A stretch of DNA of 64,000 nucleotides from the NCBI GenBank assembly GCA_050250255.1, contig JBFWOZ010000013.1, positions 1 through 64,000 on the forward strand, in the 5' to 3' direction. Position 1 is the first letter of the stretch, and each line of letters begins with the position of its first letter. Under the pieces are notes generated by a model, which was given only the letters and a program-made list of their open reading frames with translations, searched no databases and was not told where the DNA came from. This DNA comes from Bdellovibrionales bacterium. Lineage in GTDB: Bacteria > Bdellovibrionota > Bdellovibrionia > Bdellovibrionales > DASUEL01. Of the stretch, positions 38,890 through 49,349 are shown one piece after another. Both the position numbers and the translations under genes were made by a program.

Positions 38890-39615
38890 ATGAAAACAAT
38901 TAAGTTATTAATCGCCTTATCCTTACTCTCGAACCTTAACGTAGCTGAAGCTTCTCTCTTCTCTAAGAAAGCTAAGAGAAAATTAGCTTCTGTTAATAAT
39001 GAGATCCGCCTCACTCATGCTAAAGAGTTGTTAGGAAATAAGTCTTTTCAGAAAAGCCCGGTAAAACATACTGCTGCTTTTAAAGCAGTAAACAAATTCA
39101 TCTTATTATCTGCAACTCAGTCTTTATCTAAGAAGTGGAAAGAGAACTCGCTTCAAGTAACAAATGCCGTAATTGTAGAAGCTAATCGCTACAACTTCGA
39201 TCCTCTCTTTTTAATGGCGGTAATGAAGCACGAAAGCAGCTTTAATCCTGATGCTATCGGTGGTGTTGGTGAAATCGGTCTTATGCAAATTCGTCCTGAA
39301 ACAGCTAAGTGGATCGCTGATATGTACAAGATTAAGTGGAATGGTGCTAAAGCTCTTAAAGATCCCGTTTATAACGTAAAGATCGGTTCAGCTTACTTAG
39401 ATTACCTTCGCGGTAAGTTTGACCATGGTCAATTGTACCTCTCGGCTTACAACATGGGTCCAAAAGGTGTTAAGAATGCTCTTTCTAAAAACATTTGGCC
39501 CAAAATATACTCTTCAAACGTGATGAGACACTACATCGAATTGAACCAACAACTTTTGACTTACTTACACTTGAATCACCCACAAGCTCAGCAGATCATT
39601 GCATCTAAGAACTAA
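38890..39615 (+). CDS. Lytic transglycosylase (SLT domain), secreted
   Basis: AVMKHESSF (catalytic Glu), GLMQI, AYNMG; signal peptide from ATG 38890. Confidence 0.92.
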   Translation: MKTIKLLIALSLLSNLNVAEASLFSKKAKRKLASVNNEIRLTHAKELLGNKSFQKSPVKHTAAFKAVNKFILLSATQSLSKKWKENSLQVTNAVIVEANRYNFDPLFLMAVMKHESSFNPDAIGGVGEIGLMQIRPETAKWIADMYKIKWNGAKALKDPVYNVKIGSAYLDYLRGKFDHGQLYLSAYNMGPKGVKNALSKNIWPKIYSSNVMRHYIELNQQLLTYLHLNHPQAQQIIASKN

Positions 39616-39633
39616 ATCTTATATCTAAGGGGC

Positions 39634-40080
39634 ATGGTTGATCTCTTCAAAATTGGCGTCGACATTGACCAACCCTCCACTTGGTCAAAATACAAAGACT
39701 CTCTCTGTCATGGCTGTGCTTCCAACTGTTGCACCATGCCTGTGGAAATCACAGCTCCTGATCTTGTGCGCATGGAACTTTTGGATCCGGAAGAAACGAC
39801 CGGCTCTCTAAAGAAAGCCGCAAAAAGATTAATTCGCGAAGGCATCATCAAATCATTTCGGGCGGCGACGGGACTTTTTACTTTAGAACAAAAGAGTGAT
39901 CGCAGCTGCGTTTTCTTAAGCACCGACAGACGATGTACGATTTATGAGAAAAGACCTGATGTGTGCCGATCGTTTCCTACAAAAGTAGGACCACGAGTTG
40001 GCTATTGCCCTTCCAAGCGCTTCAATACGCATTTCACAAAAAGCGGAGCGGCTTCAGAGTGGAACCGAAAGAAGAGCTGA
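39634..40080 (+). CDS. YkgJ-family Cys-cluster (CxxCxxxCC) protein
   Basis: CHGCASNCC, CVFL, CTIYEKRPDVCRSFP. Confidence 0.9.
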   Translation: MVDLFKIGVDIDQPSTWSKYKDSLCHGCASNCCTMPVEITAPDLVRMELLDPEETTGSLKKAAKRLIREGIIKSFRAATGLFTLEQKSDRSCVFLSTDRRCTIYEKRPDVCRSFPTKVGPRVGYCPSKRFNTHFTKSGAASEWNRKKS

Positions 40081-40892
40081 GGCTCGAAGAGTTCTAGCTC
40101 ACCTAAGACGTAATGACCTCTATAATTTACGACATCGATACGCGCGTACAGCCAATCATGAGGAACAAATTTTAAAACGCTCTTACCATATTGTACGAGA
40201 GCGGGTGGCGCATGATAAAACTCCGTTGTTCCGCCGTGATCTTCTTGTACCCGAAAATCTTGGGACTTTGGTTTTTTCACAACAGCATGACTATAATGAT
40301 GCTCTTTACCGTCGTTAAAAAAGAGAAGCGAGAACTCTCCCTCGCGTACGATCTCTTCACAAAAAGGTTGCACAAGCACGTCACACTCCTTCCATATAGA
40401 ACAAATCTCTTCCCAGTGAGCAGAAATATCTTTTGTTTTGAGGCGAAAGGTTTTGAATGCACTCGCCGATATTTCAGGCTTGATGACAATTTCGTCCCAA
40501 GCTTGGCTCTCTACTTCATTTTGAAAACGTGGAAGATCTGTTTTTTTAAGAAAGAGAGTTGGCACGATCGGAATTTTTTTTTGCTCTAATTCTTGCAAAT
40601 ATATTTTCGAAAGATTCCACAAAATGCAGTCTATGGAATTAAATAAAGATAGGTTTGTAGACTTGGCTTCTTGTAGCCATTTCTTGAGATGAGAGATTTT
40701 TTTGTGGTAATCCCACATCGAACGAACAATCACTATCGCTGAGGATGGAATTTGTTTGGGAGAAAGTTGATCCCAGATTTTAAATTGTACAAAAATCCCT
40801 TGGCTTTTAAAAACTTGAGCCAAGAGTTGATCGTCCGGAGTTCCTTCTGGGAACTCCGAACAAGTAAGAAGAATTATGCCTTTTTGGCCCAA
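40002..40892 (-). CDS. ATP-grasp ligase (glutathione synthase/RimK-like)
   Basis: RSMWDY, KIYL, VIKP, VQPF, GEFSL, YARID, ELELFEP. Confidence 0.85.
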   Translation of the reverse strand: MGQKGIILLTCSEFPEGTPDDQLLAQVFKSQGIFVQFKIWDQLSPKQIPSSAIVIVRSMWDYHKKISHLKKWLQEAKSTNLSLFNSIDCILWNLSKIYLQELEQKKIPIVPTLFLKKTDLPRFQNEVESQAWDEIVIKPEISASAFKTFRLKTKDISAHWEEICSIWKECDVLVQPFCEEIVREGEFSLLFFNDGKEHHYSHAVVKKPKSQDFRVQEDHGGTTEFYHAPPALVQYGKSVLKFVPHDWLYARIDVVNYRGHYVLGELELFEPQLFFRFHSEAAPLFVKCVLKRLEGQ

Positions 40893-41248
40893 GTACTACA
40901 CCAGCCAGCTTCTTTCACTTTGCCGCTCTGAATGAGTTGGCATGTGCCTACGTTATCTTTACCAACTTTTCCTTTAGGATCAATATAGAACATACAGTTT
41001 TTACAAGATTGCTCTTTAAATTCGACGTCCATTCTTTTTGTCTGCAAATTTTTTGGAACGTCTTTTTTGCTGTGATGATAATTCATCGACTTTGCCATTT
41101 GGTCTTTTTTATCGTCGACTAATTTCATGTCACCTGCTGCATGCGCTTTAAGCTGCGGCAACTGCCCTACTAAGCCAAGGGCTGAAAACCCAAGAATGCT
41201 TTTTAGAAGAGAGCGTCTTGAGAGATTGCGTTCGAATATGTTTTTCAT
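40874..41248 (-). CDS. High-potential iron-sulfur protein (HiPIP), Tat-exported
   Basis: SRRSLLK twin-arginine signal; CKNC...CQL...GWCSTW; GGAGG RBS before ATG 41248. Confidence 0.92.
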   Translation of the reverse strand: MKNIFERNLSRRSLLKSILGFSALGLVGQLPQLKAHAAGDMKLVDDKKDQMAKSMNYHHSKKDVPKNLQTKRMDVEFKEQSCKNCMFYIDPKGKVGKDNVGTCQLIQSGKVKEAGWCSTWAKKA

Positions 41249-41329
41249 CGGTATCCTCCGTGGTTTCGATGTGTTTGGATCTATAAATGATAGCCAGTTG
41301 AGAACCCTAAGGGCAAACTGAAAATGAAA

Positions 41330-41344
41330 TGAGAACAAATCTCA
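41330..41344. promoter_or_regulatory. Fur-box-like 7-1-7 palindrome
   Basis: TGAGAAC-A-AATCTCA upstream of HiPIP. Confidence 0.4.
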
Positions 41345-41415
41345 TGAAGCCTTAAGTTTTTCGCTTCCCTTTTAACCCACATCTGGTACTTCATCCCGGC
41401 ACACTAAAACGGGGG

Positions 41416-42525
41416 TTGAAGTTGGCGCTTTGGGGCATATGGCTTTTAGCATTTTGGGTAATGGCATCAGGGGAAGCTCAGGATTTGAGCGTTCTTCAAA
41501 AATTAAGCGATTCCCAGTTTTCCAATAAATATCCTAATGAATGGGCGCAGGTCGTTTCGACAGTTTCAAGCCCCATAACTGTGCCTTCACGCTCAAGACA
41601 AAACCAGACGATCCAGGGTGAAAAAATTCGAGTTCTTGAGTACAACATCTTAAGAAATCTTCAGTACGATCGTCTCGAAACACTTCTTACGAGATGCCAA
41701 GACTTACCAAAACACGCGAAGTCCACCCTTGATGCCCAAGACCTCGAACAACTTTGTCAGCTTTCCAAAGCGGATATCCTTCTTTTAAATGAAGTGGATC
41801 GCGGACACTGTCGTTCAGAATATCGTGATGGCGCAGAAAGTCTCGCTTCGGCTATGGGTTTCCACTACAGCTACGCCATTGAATTTTTAGAAGTTCACGC
41901 AAAAAGCACAGGTCTTGAAGATGGCGATGGTCCTCTTTGCCGTAAAGGCATGGTCAGAGCGGATGCTAAAAATCAACATGGGAATGCCGTCCTCAGCCGT
42001 TTTCCCATTGTGACTTCCGAACGCATTGAACTCACTCCGTGTTTTGATTGGTTTACTAACGGTGGAGATCAAACTCGTCGCGGCGGACGCATGGCTCTTG
42101 TGACGGAAATTCAACTACCAGAACCCCACAAAAGTATTTTAGCTGTTTCAGTACACCTAGAAAATAAAACCAATCCTGAATGTCGCAATCAGCAGATGCA
42201 AACTTTGCTTTCGGCCATTGAAAGAATCGAAACGCAAAAAGGTCGAAAGATGGATGTTATTATTGGTGGAGATATGAACACCATCTTAGCAAGCTCAGGC
42301 ACCATGAAGGATCTTTGGAAGAAGAACCTCTACGATTATGGATTTAACGATGGTTCCACGCTGATGTTTATGCGTTTGGATTATATTGTGACCAAAGATT
42401 CCGGCGCCCCACAATCAAAAGCCTTTCGTGCTATGAGTGGAGTTACCGCTAATTTTGTGAAAGAAAAACTCCAAACGATTTCTGATCACACGCCTATTTA
42501 CGTCGACGTCAATTTAAAGCCTTAA
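41416..42525 (+). CDS. Endonuclease/exonuclease/phosphatase (EEP) family protein, secreted
   Basis: YNI, NEVD, GNAVLSRFPI, VHL, GGDMN, LDYI, SDH. Confidence 0.9.
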   Translation: MKLALWGIWLLAFWVMASGEAQDLSVLQKLSDSQFSNKYPNEWAQVVSTVSSPITVPSRSRQNQTIQGEKIRVLEYNILRNLQYDRLETLLTRCQDLPKHAKSTLDAQDLEQLCQLSKADILLLNEVDRGHCRSEYRDGAESLASAMGFHYSYAIEFLEVHAKSTGLEDGDGPLCRKGMVRADAKNQHGNAVLSRFPIVTSERIELTPCFDWFTNGGDQTRRGGRMALVTEIQLPEPHKSILAVSVHLENKTNPECRNQQMQTLLSAIERIETQKGRKMDVIIGGDMNTILASSGTMKDLWKKNLYDYGFNDGSTLMFMRLDYIVTKDSGAPQSKAFRAMSGVTANFVKEKLQTISDHTPIYVDVNLKP

Positions 42526-42527
42526 TA

Positions 42528-42556
42528 AAAGAGCCACCCTTTCATGGTGGCTCTTT
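42528..42556. terminator. Bidirectional intrinsic terminator
   Basis: AAAGAGCCACC-ctttcat-GGTGGCTCTTT. Confidence 0.85.
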
Positions 42557-42581
42557 GTTTTCAGAAGGTTCAGCAAAAAAA

Positions 42582-42920
42582 TTACTTCTGCTGTCCACAC
42601 ATGAATAAGCTGATATCTCTTGGATTCATCATGCTTGTGATCGCAACCATTGTCTGGCTAGAATCAACAAATACGATGTTTCCGCTTTGATCTTCCATAG
42701 AACCGTACAAGATACCGTACTCTGTAGGATAAAGAGCTTGTAAAGTGTAAGGGCCGCTGTTGCCACTACGAGTGGCTAATTTATACTCGAGCATGTCTGG
42801 TGTTTGATTCACGATATCAATCGATTGAACTTCTGATTCTGGATTTGCAGCCGTGCAAACCGCAGCCGAAGCATGAGCACTGAACATAAGTAAACCGGCA
42901 AGTAACAAAAATAATTTCAT
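42582..42920 (-). CDS. Small secreted protein
   Basis: GGAGG RBS; signal peptide MKLFLL...ASA. Confidence 0.75.
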   Translation of the reverse strand: MKLFLLLAGLLMFSAHASAAVCTAANPESEVQSIDIVNQTPDMLEYKLATRSGNSGPYTLQALYPTEYGILYGSMEDQSGNIVFVDSSQTMVAITSMMNPRDISLFMCGQQK

Positions 42921-43012
42921 AAGAACTCCTCCAAGTTGAGCCATCAGGTTAGGAAGCTTCAATTTTGTAAGCAAGGGGCGGCGCGTTTGACAGGGCTCTC
43001 TTAAACTTTTTT

Positions 43013-43028
43013 TGGCCCATGATTAGCA
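43013..43028 (+). promoter_or_regulatory. sigma54-like -24/-12 promoter
   Basis: TGGCCCATGATTAGCA. Confidence 0.45.
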
Positions 43029-43091
43029 ACTCATTCTCTTGAGAAATATTAGCTTATATCGGGTTAGCAGATTCTATTTAGGAGGCTTTAA

Positions 43092-44537
43092 ATGCATCGC
43101 TTTGTCCACTATTTGGGCAATTGTATGACAATTCTTGCAGTACTCGCTGCAAGTGAAGTGAGCCGCGCCCATAATACTATCTGCAGCGCTGCCTTGTCGC
43201 CCTATAGCGCTGCGGCCGAGTTGGAAATTAAAGTGAGTCCTCAGTTTTGGTCCATGACCACAACTCCAGATGGAACTGTTGGGAGCTTCGCTTACGGAGC
43301 AAAAACAATCCCGAGTGCTTATATCGAATGGGTGCACAAAACAAAAGGTACTAGCTATTCTATGTGGAGTGTCCAATGGGATGAAGTGCCACCGGAGATC
43401 AAAAAACTCTTAGTTGCACAGGTCGCAAAGACAGTTGATTTTTGGCACATACGTCGAATTCCAAACTTACTTCTCAAAAAGAAAATTGAAGTAACTTTTA
43501 ATGAACCAACACTCCTTATGGGGCAACTCTATGAGAAGGGTACCCATACCATTGATACGTCTAACTTTTTAACGTCTTACATTGAGTTAGCTAATGTCAG
43601 AGACAAACGAGATTTTCAAAAAGTGGAATTACACTTTCGATCAAACGATTCCGCCGGAAAACTCCTTGAAACCACATGGACTTTTGAAGAAAATAAAATT
43701 GGTCCTCGAACATACCTGCATGTTCATGTCGTAGCACCCATACCGAAAAAGGCTCTGTCAGAGCATAGCTTACCCGAGAGCTTGGCGCGCACCGAACACT
43801 TTCGCCTCACAAACTTAGTGGCAGAGCTCTACTATATAACTCGTTTTGTACCAATAAAAAGCGAATATGGCTTCTACGGCATGACCTTTGATTCCTTAAA
43901 TCCTCAGCGACTATTGAATGCGTTTTTATTTTTTTACCATAGGGGAAATCCTAAAAAAATCATTAAGGACAAAAAAGAAGCTTGGGTTTCGCTGCGAGCG
44001 GATGCTTATGATACTCCTGGTGTCTACGGTTACGAGTTTCGAGCTATCTCCGGCAATGACAGCCTCAGCGCCTTAAAATCCCTTCTTGATCGTATTCATA
44101 CTGATATGGTGACGGGAGATGTGGCTTTTTCAACTTCAAACTTATGGAATTGGTATCAACATCAGACAGAAAACTTACAACGGGACATGTTTGAGGTCGT
44201 TGAAAACACATGGTATCGGAAACCGTTTAAACAACTTTATCAAGAGCTTCATCCGGGATTGAAGCCTCATCTCAGTTTTATTACGCGGCGAAAATTCGAA
44301 TTCTATGGATGGAAGACGGAATCTATTAAAATGTTACTCTATGATTGGACTTCTGATCCTTTGTTTTGGAATGACTCTGCTGCGCAAACACGAATCCTAC
44401 AATCCCAACAACGAGCTCTCACTCGCTTGAAAACAGAATATAATTACCTTCGTGTAATTGCAGATTTTGCGAAGGAATCTGGTCTTTGGGAACGAGTTAC
44501 GGGAAGTTTCGGAATGCAGCCCCGTGATTTTCAATAA
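43092..44537 (+). CDS. Hypothetical secreted protein
   Basis: AGGAGG RBS; signal-like N-terminus; ELH, HVHV and YEFR motifs loosely resemble amidoligase/carboxylate-amine ligase metal sites. Confidence 0.75.
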   Translation: MHRFVHYLGNCMTILAVLAASEVSRAHNTICSAALSPYSAAAELEIKVSPQFWSMTTTPDGTVGSFAYGAKTIPSAYIEWVHKTKGTSYSMWSVQWDEVPPEIKKLLVAQVAKTVDFWHIRRIPNLLLKKKIEVTFNEPTLLMGQLYEKGTHTIDTSNFLTSYIELANVRDKRDFQKVELHFRSNDSAGKLLETTWTFEENKIGPRTYLHVHVVAPIPKKALSEHSLPESLARTEHFRLTNLVAELYYITRFVPIKSEYGFYGMTFDSLNPQRLLNAFLFFYHRGNPKKIIKDKKEAWVSLRADAYDTPGVYGYEFRAISGNDSLSALKSLLDRIHTDMVTGDVAFSTSNLWNWYQHQTENLQRDMFEVVENTWYRKPFKQLYQELHPGLKPHLSFITRRKFEFYGWKTESIKMLLYDWTSDPLFWNDSAAQTRILQSQQRALTRLKTEYNYLRVIADFAKESGLWERVTGSFGMQPRDFQ

Positions 44538-44702
44538 TTTTTAAGTCCTTATCTCATCTCACGTCCATCGCAGTATGCGGCACCCGGTAATCTGTTAACT
44601 GTACCTGGAATAAATACTGACATTCTTGCTTACTGTACGTGAAGTGAGTAAAGTCCATAATTCTATTTACCGAGCGATTCATTAAAATGAAAGTTTCATC
44701 GC

Positions 44703-45347
44703 ATGCATGACGTAAAAGCAGATATAGGTGATTTTGTTCTTCTTAAAGTGGCCTCCATCGAATCCATTGGAGCTTTTCTTGATTGGGGTAGAGACAAGGA
44801 GCTCTTTCTCCCTTTTTCCGAACAGTTAAGAAAAGTGGAAGTGGGACATCTTATTGTTGTTTATATTTATCTCGATAAGGCCGACCGTCCTACCGCCACG
44901 ATGCGTGTAGAAAAATATCTTGAGAAAACAGGTCTTGAATATCAACCCAACGATGCCGTGGATCTGCTGGTCTATAGCCAGACAGAACATGGGTATAAAG
45001 TAATCATCAATAATCAACATCAAGGTGTCATCTACAAGAACGAGGTTTTTAAACCTATTGAGTACGGAGAACAATTAAAGGGCTATGTAAAGCAAGTGCG
45101 CGAAGATGGAAAAGTTGATCTCTCACTACAGAGACTGGGGTTTGAATCCACGAAAGATATCGCCCCAATTATTCTTCAGCGTTTGAAAGAGAACGATGGC
45201 TTTTTACCAATCAACGACAAAACCGACGCCGACAAAATTCATGAGCTTTTTGGCGTGAGCAAAAAGAAATACAAGATGGCTCTTGGTGGTCTCTACAAAA
45301 AAAGACTGATCAGCGTGCACGATGATGGAATTAGGCTCGTAAAATAG
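44703..45347 (+). CDS. cvfB: CvfB-family S1 RNA-binding protein (short form)
   Basis: [44 protein letters not shown]. Confidence 0.85.
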   Translation: MHDVKADIGDFVLLKVASIESIGAFLDWGRDKELFLPFSEQLRKVEVGHLIVVYIYLDKADRPTATMRVEKYLEKTGLEYQPNDAVDLLVYSQTEHGYKVIINNQHQGVIYKNEVFKPIEYGEQLKGYVKQVREDGKVDLSLQRLGFESTKDIAPIILQRLKENDGFLPINDKTDADKIHELFGVSKKKYKMALGGLYKKRLISVHDDGIRLVK

Positions 45348-45393
45348 GTCGCGGTAACTTGGGGAGCCGAGAATTACTTAAAACTGTTTTTAA

Positions 45394-45449
45394 TCTGAGC
45401 TCTGAACTCAGAGCCTCAGAGCTCAGAGTTGGAGTTGGAGTTGGAGTTG
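45394..45449. repeat. Heptamer-periodic hairpin plus (GAGTTG)x4 abutting the tRNA-Ser 3' end
   Basis: TCTGAGCTCTGA...TCAGAGCTCAGA stem (45394-45427); GAGTTG at 45426, 45432, 45438 and 45444. Confidence 0.8.
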
Positions 45450-45537
45450 GCGGAGAGACAGGGATTCGAACCCTGGATACGTTTTACCGTATACACGCTT
45501 TCCAAGCGTGCGCCTTCAGCCACTCGGCCATCTCTCC
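45448..45537 (-). tRNA. tRNA-Ser (GGA)
   Basis: GGAGAGA acceptor, CACGC-TTGGAAA-GCGTG anticodon arm, long variable arm, GTTCGAATC, encoded CCA; 90 nt. Confidence 0.97.
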
Positions 45538-45649
45538 GGAAGGTACTAACTAAATTGTTTTAATGGGATAGCATTTTGTGGAAATGGTGTCCACCCGGGA
45601 ATGATCGTGAGTATGGTTTTAGAGAATATATTGCTTCACGCTCAACCCT

Positions 45650-47107
45650 TTAGTCCTCTGCACAAAACCACACCGCTCCTAGGGGATCCTTCTTATATGA
45701 TCCTGACAATTGGCCCTTAAACTTTCCATCGTTGATTGCGATGGTATTACCATTATTAGTAATTGCAGAAGGCAATATATGGAAGGACCAGCTTTGTCTG
45801 CTGCATGGATTCAACGATTTCATCTGAATGAAAACGGCATCAGCCTGAGAAGTCAAAGATGATGTTTTGTCAGATTTGAAAGTCATGCTGTCTCTCATAG
45901 GGATAAAAAGATTCCCGCTTTCTCTTTCAAGAAAAAACCCACGGGGCGAGTAAGAGCCCGAATACCACGTGTGAGGCACATCTATCCCAATAGATTGGGA
46001 ATTCTTTGAGAGTTCTACCGCTGAACTCACTCGTTCATTAATTTCTAAATTTTTACTTTCTTGCTTCACTTGAAATTGAACTATCAAACTGTCTTCATCA
46101 GGCTCTGCCACAGCCTTCACTTTTCTCATAAGAATATCGAGAGGAGTAACTCCCTGACTCAATTCTTTTTGCCAACTTTCTTGAGGATAAGAAAATCTTA
46201 AAATAAATGCGGCCATACCCCCAATTGGGTAACCTTCATCATCTAACTTGAAGGAGTTGTTTTCTTGCACGAGTCGCCGTCCTAAATCTTTTGGAACCTG
46301 ACTGACAATTTCCTCTCGTAACACTTGTTCTGAAGCATTGCATCCTTTCACTCTCAAGGCGTTAGCAATGACATTCACATACTCAGCACTTCCCTCGTAT
46401 CCATCTGTCGTTGAGGCAACTTCAGAAGGGAAATCTTTCTTCCAAAGACTATACCAGTGGGCTGATTTTTGGAGTGATGATGTTAAATTTCCCGGATGAA
46501 GAAAAGCCTGTTCCAAGTTTTTATAAATCATATAACGGTAATATCTCGGTTCCCATTTCACAGGAAACTCAGTTCCACGAGTACCTGAATTTTTTTTCCA
46601 ACTCGCCTGACCTATCAAATGAAAACTTTCATGGACAGCAGTTTCAAAAATAGAATCAACAAGCGTTTCTAAGGCTGCTTTAGGAAGTTCTTGAGGAGCA
46701 ACAGCTCCAAAAAAACTATCGGGGGCAATGGACATCCAAGCCTTTCCCTTCAGCTGAAAGAAATTATAGTAGGAAAAAGCCCCACGAGGCAGCTCAGAGG
46801 AAACAATCTCGTAAACTTTTTGGTTTCCGAGAGAAATCACTTTTTGCGTTGGTTTTTTAGAGTTTACTACTACCACCTCTAAAGTAGACCAGTTAAATCC
46901 CGGCCAAATTCTTTCGCTACATTGACCCATCACTGTCTGCAGGGACTGGATCAGAGAGCTTTCAATTTCATCTAAATTGACGTTCATTTTTGTCGACGTT
47001 GGTGGCGGCAATTGACGACGACCATAAGAGAGTGAGGATATGAAAAGAACGGCCAGCAACAATACAAAGTGCCACTTTCGAGCATAAATAAAACGGAATC
47101 GATTCAT
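45650..47107 (-). CDS. Secreted gluzincin-type zinc metallopeptidase-like protein
   Basis: Signal peptide; HESFH plus downstream EGSAEY. Confidence 0.7.
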   Translation of the reverse strand: MNRFRFIYARKWHFVLLLAVLFISSLSYGRRQLPPPTSTKMNVNLDEIESSLIQSLQTVMGQCSERIWPGFNWSTLEVVVVNSKKPTQKVISLGNQKVYEIVSSELPRGAFSYYNFFQLKGKAWMSIAPDSFFGAVAPQELPKAALETLVDSIFETAVHESFHLIGQASWKKNSGTRGTEFPVKWEPRYYRYMIYKNLEQAFLHPGNLTSSLQKSAHWYSLWKKDFPSEVASTTDGYEGSAEYVNVIANALRVKGCNASEQVLREEIVSQVPKDLGRRLVQENNSFKLDDEGYPIGGMAAFILRFSYPQESWQKELSQGVTPLDILMRKVKAVAEPDEDSLIVQFQVKQESKNLEINERVSSAVELSKNSQSIGIDVPHTWYSGSYSPRGFFLERESGNLFIPMRDSMTFKSDKTSSLTSQADAVFIQMKSLNPCSRQSWSFHILPSAITNNGNTIAINDGKFKGQLSGSYKKDPLGAVWFCAED

Positions 47108-47165
47108 ATGTTTTCCCTCGTGAACTTAAGGGTCAATAAGAGCAATTTAAATGCCGTAGAATTAT

Positions 47166-48101
47166 TTATGAACCCGTAAACCTATTCCCACAACTCAAGC
47201 GAGAAGAAGACTGTTTTCGGAGCAGATTTTTTAAGTAAATCAGCGAAAAGCTTGCGCGATGGCTGATCTTTTCAACTTCGGTAATGCCCCGCTGGTAATA
47301 CTGGAGTGCCTCAGGAGACTCTCTCCACAAAGGCTCTCCGCTTTCGTTATGTGATCTTCGATACACATGTTCTTGAAAGGTTCCGCCCACTTTTTTCCAA
47401 CTGTCATGGGCTTCGAGAATAAGTCCCAGAACAAATAACAGCTTTCCTTGCTCGAAAGCAGCGGCCTCGTGGCTTGGTGGGAAATATTCGGGACGGTACG
47501 ATTTTGGCGAAACTCTTTGTAATTCTAATTCGCGCGCACCATCAACAAAGACGTAAGTGCTAAGCAAAGTAATAAAACTTTTTGCCTGTTCTTTGTTAAA
47601 AGCAAAGAAGGGTAAATCATCGATATGAGCTATATGAGAAATGGGATGGCCATACTTTGAGAGATCTTTTTTAAACCGATTCGAGAAGAGAGCATTTGGA
47701 GAAACCCCTGGCACTTCAAACAAATCATGAGCCGAAAGTATTTTACTCACATCCGCGAGCGTACGATGTCCGTCGATTTTATAAGCTCGAAGCAGAAGCT
47801 CATTTCTTTGTTTATTTCCTCCGCTTATAAATCCTAGCTGAAATCCATAATTCAGCAGTACACGTACAACCTCTCTCAAATGAGGAGTGGGTATGTAGGT
47901 CTTTTGATCATACATAACGTCATAACGTTCGCCTTGAGGCAGTGGTTGACCCGGCTGCAGAGTATAAAACGTCACCCAATCAATATCGAAGCTCACGAAA
48001 GGGGCAATAGGTTGAGCCTGAAGTTTTACACTCCAAATGACTAACACCAAGAAAAAAGTGACAAATTTTGTAGTTCCCAAAGGAAAAATGGCTCCCAGCA
48101 A
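47166..48101 (-). CDS. Secreted HAD-superfamily-like hydrolase
   Basis: FDIDW motif I, ISGG motif II, KKDL, HIDD motif IV. Confidence 0.65.
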   Translation of the reverse strand: MLGAIFPLGTTKFVTFFLVLVIWSVKLQAQPIAPFVSFDIDWVTFYTLQPGQPLPQGERYDVMYDQKTYIPTPHLREVVRVLLNYGFQLGFISGGNKQRNELLLRAYKIDGHRTLADVSKILSAHDLFEVPGVSPNALFSNRFKKDLSKYGHPISHIAHIDDLPFFAFNKEQAKSFITLLSTYVFVDGARELELQRVSPKSYRPEYFPPSHEAAAFEQGKLLFVLGLILEAHDSWKKVGGTFQEHVYRRSHNESGEPLWRESPEALQYYQRGITEVEKISHRASFSLIYLKNLLRKQSSSRLSCGNRFTGS

Positions 48102-48184
48102 AAAGATATTCTCGTTGAGGAACTACGTTGCGAGATCTATTCCACCTTTGCGATCCTTCACCGGCCTTTCTAGATCACAGCGGT

Positions 48185-48200
48185 TGGCACTCCAATTGAA
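48185..48200 (+). promoter_or_regulatory. sigma54-like promoter (GA variant at -12)
   Basis: TGGCACTCCAATTGAA. Confidence 0.5.
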
Positions 48201-48215
48201 GGTAAAAACGCATAT

Positions 48216-49349
48216 ATGCTAGCGAAATTAATTCTCCTTCTATCTATCTCCCTTTCCACCAACGTCTACGCAGCAAAGGCTAAGTCCTGCCGTTTTATGG
48301 GGCAGCTTGAGTTTCCCCTAGAGATCAAACAACCAGCGGACCTTCTCAACCGAACGACGCGTCTTCAAGATCTTCTTCAGAAAACATCCTACGCTGAGCT
48401 CAAAGATTCAAAAAAAAATTCTGAAGTTGAGGCGCTAATACACAAGGACTCTAAATGGTTAGAGGAACCCGGCTATGCGGCCGCGGCTATGGAATACTTC
48501 GTTTTCTTTTCTATGGAAGATATTTTTCTTATGGCAGCCAACGAAAAATACGCAAAAAAGGTGGCCGGCGATCTCAGATCCTATGCCAATGTCAACATGG
48601 GTGGACGCACATCCATATTTCGAAATGACGATGTTTATTACACCGCACGCTTATTTGCAGATCGTTGGCGGTTAGTCAAAGAGGGTTCAGTTGATTTCTC
48701 TGACGAAAAAGCACTAGACACCGAAGCACGAAAAAGCGGAGTGAAGCCCGTTAATAAAAAACTAGTTTATTATTCCTCCCCAACAACTCCTGATAGAATC
48801 GCTCAACAAGAAGAAGTTTCTCCCGCAGGAACGAGAGTAGACTCTGTGCTTGCTGGATTAGGCATGAGGTTCGAGGCCCGCTCTAAAAATGAATCACAAG
48901 GGCTTTATTTAGGGTTAGAAGATAGCGAAACATCCTTAATTGATTTCCAACCTATACTGCTGAAGCCTCAAGAGGCTCAAAAAATTCTTATCGAATATGC
49001 TGCTCAACTTAAAAATGACAAATCTCAATCTCTTCTCAACTACGGTGCTAACAACCCATCTGATCTCACAAGCTTTAGTGCGAGCGAAGTTGCGCAAGTA
49101 ATATTTGGTAAAATTCGAATGAGTTATCAATATCTTGTTCAAGATATTCGTGTATTAAAAATACCCGCGGCCGCAAGCGCACGAACATTTCCCAATTATG
49201 TCCCAAGTATTCCTGTAAAACACATCACAAGTTTCCGTCGGGTCTATGCCATAGAATATGATATGCCCGAAAGCTGGGTAGAGAACGATCGATTTAGAAG
49301 AAACAGCTTTAATTTTTATTTTTATGAACCTTGGCAAAACATGCCTTAG
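48216..49349 (+). CDS. Hypothetical secreted protein
   Basis: Signal peptide ..VYA; 377 aa. Confidence 0.75.
   Translation: MLAKLILLLSISLSTNVYAAKAKSCRFMGQLEFPLEIKQPADLLNRTTRLQDLLQKTSYAELKDSKKNSEVEALIHKDSKWLEEPGYAAAAMEYFVFFSMEDIFLMAANEKYAKKVAGDLRSYANVNMGGRTSIFRNDDVYYTARLFADRWRLVKEGSVDFSDEKALDTEARKSGVKPVNKKLVYYSSPTTPDRIAQQEEVSPAGTRVDSVLAGLGMRFEARSKNESQGLYLGLEDSETSLIDFQPILLKPQEAQKILIEYAAQLKNDKSQSLLNYGANNPSDLTSFSASEVAQVIFGKIRMSYQYLVQDIRVLKIPAAASARTFPNYVPSIPVKHITSFRRVYAIEYDMPESWVENDRFRRNSFNFYFYEPWQNMP

Noticed and set aside
45359..45553. 64-aa ORF with a VGVGVG repeat
   Set aside because: Antisense to tRNA-Ser and its trailer microsatellite.
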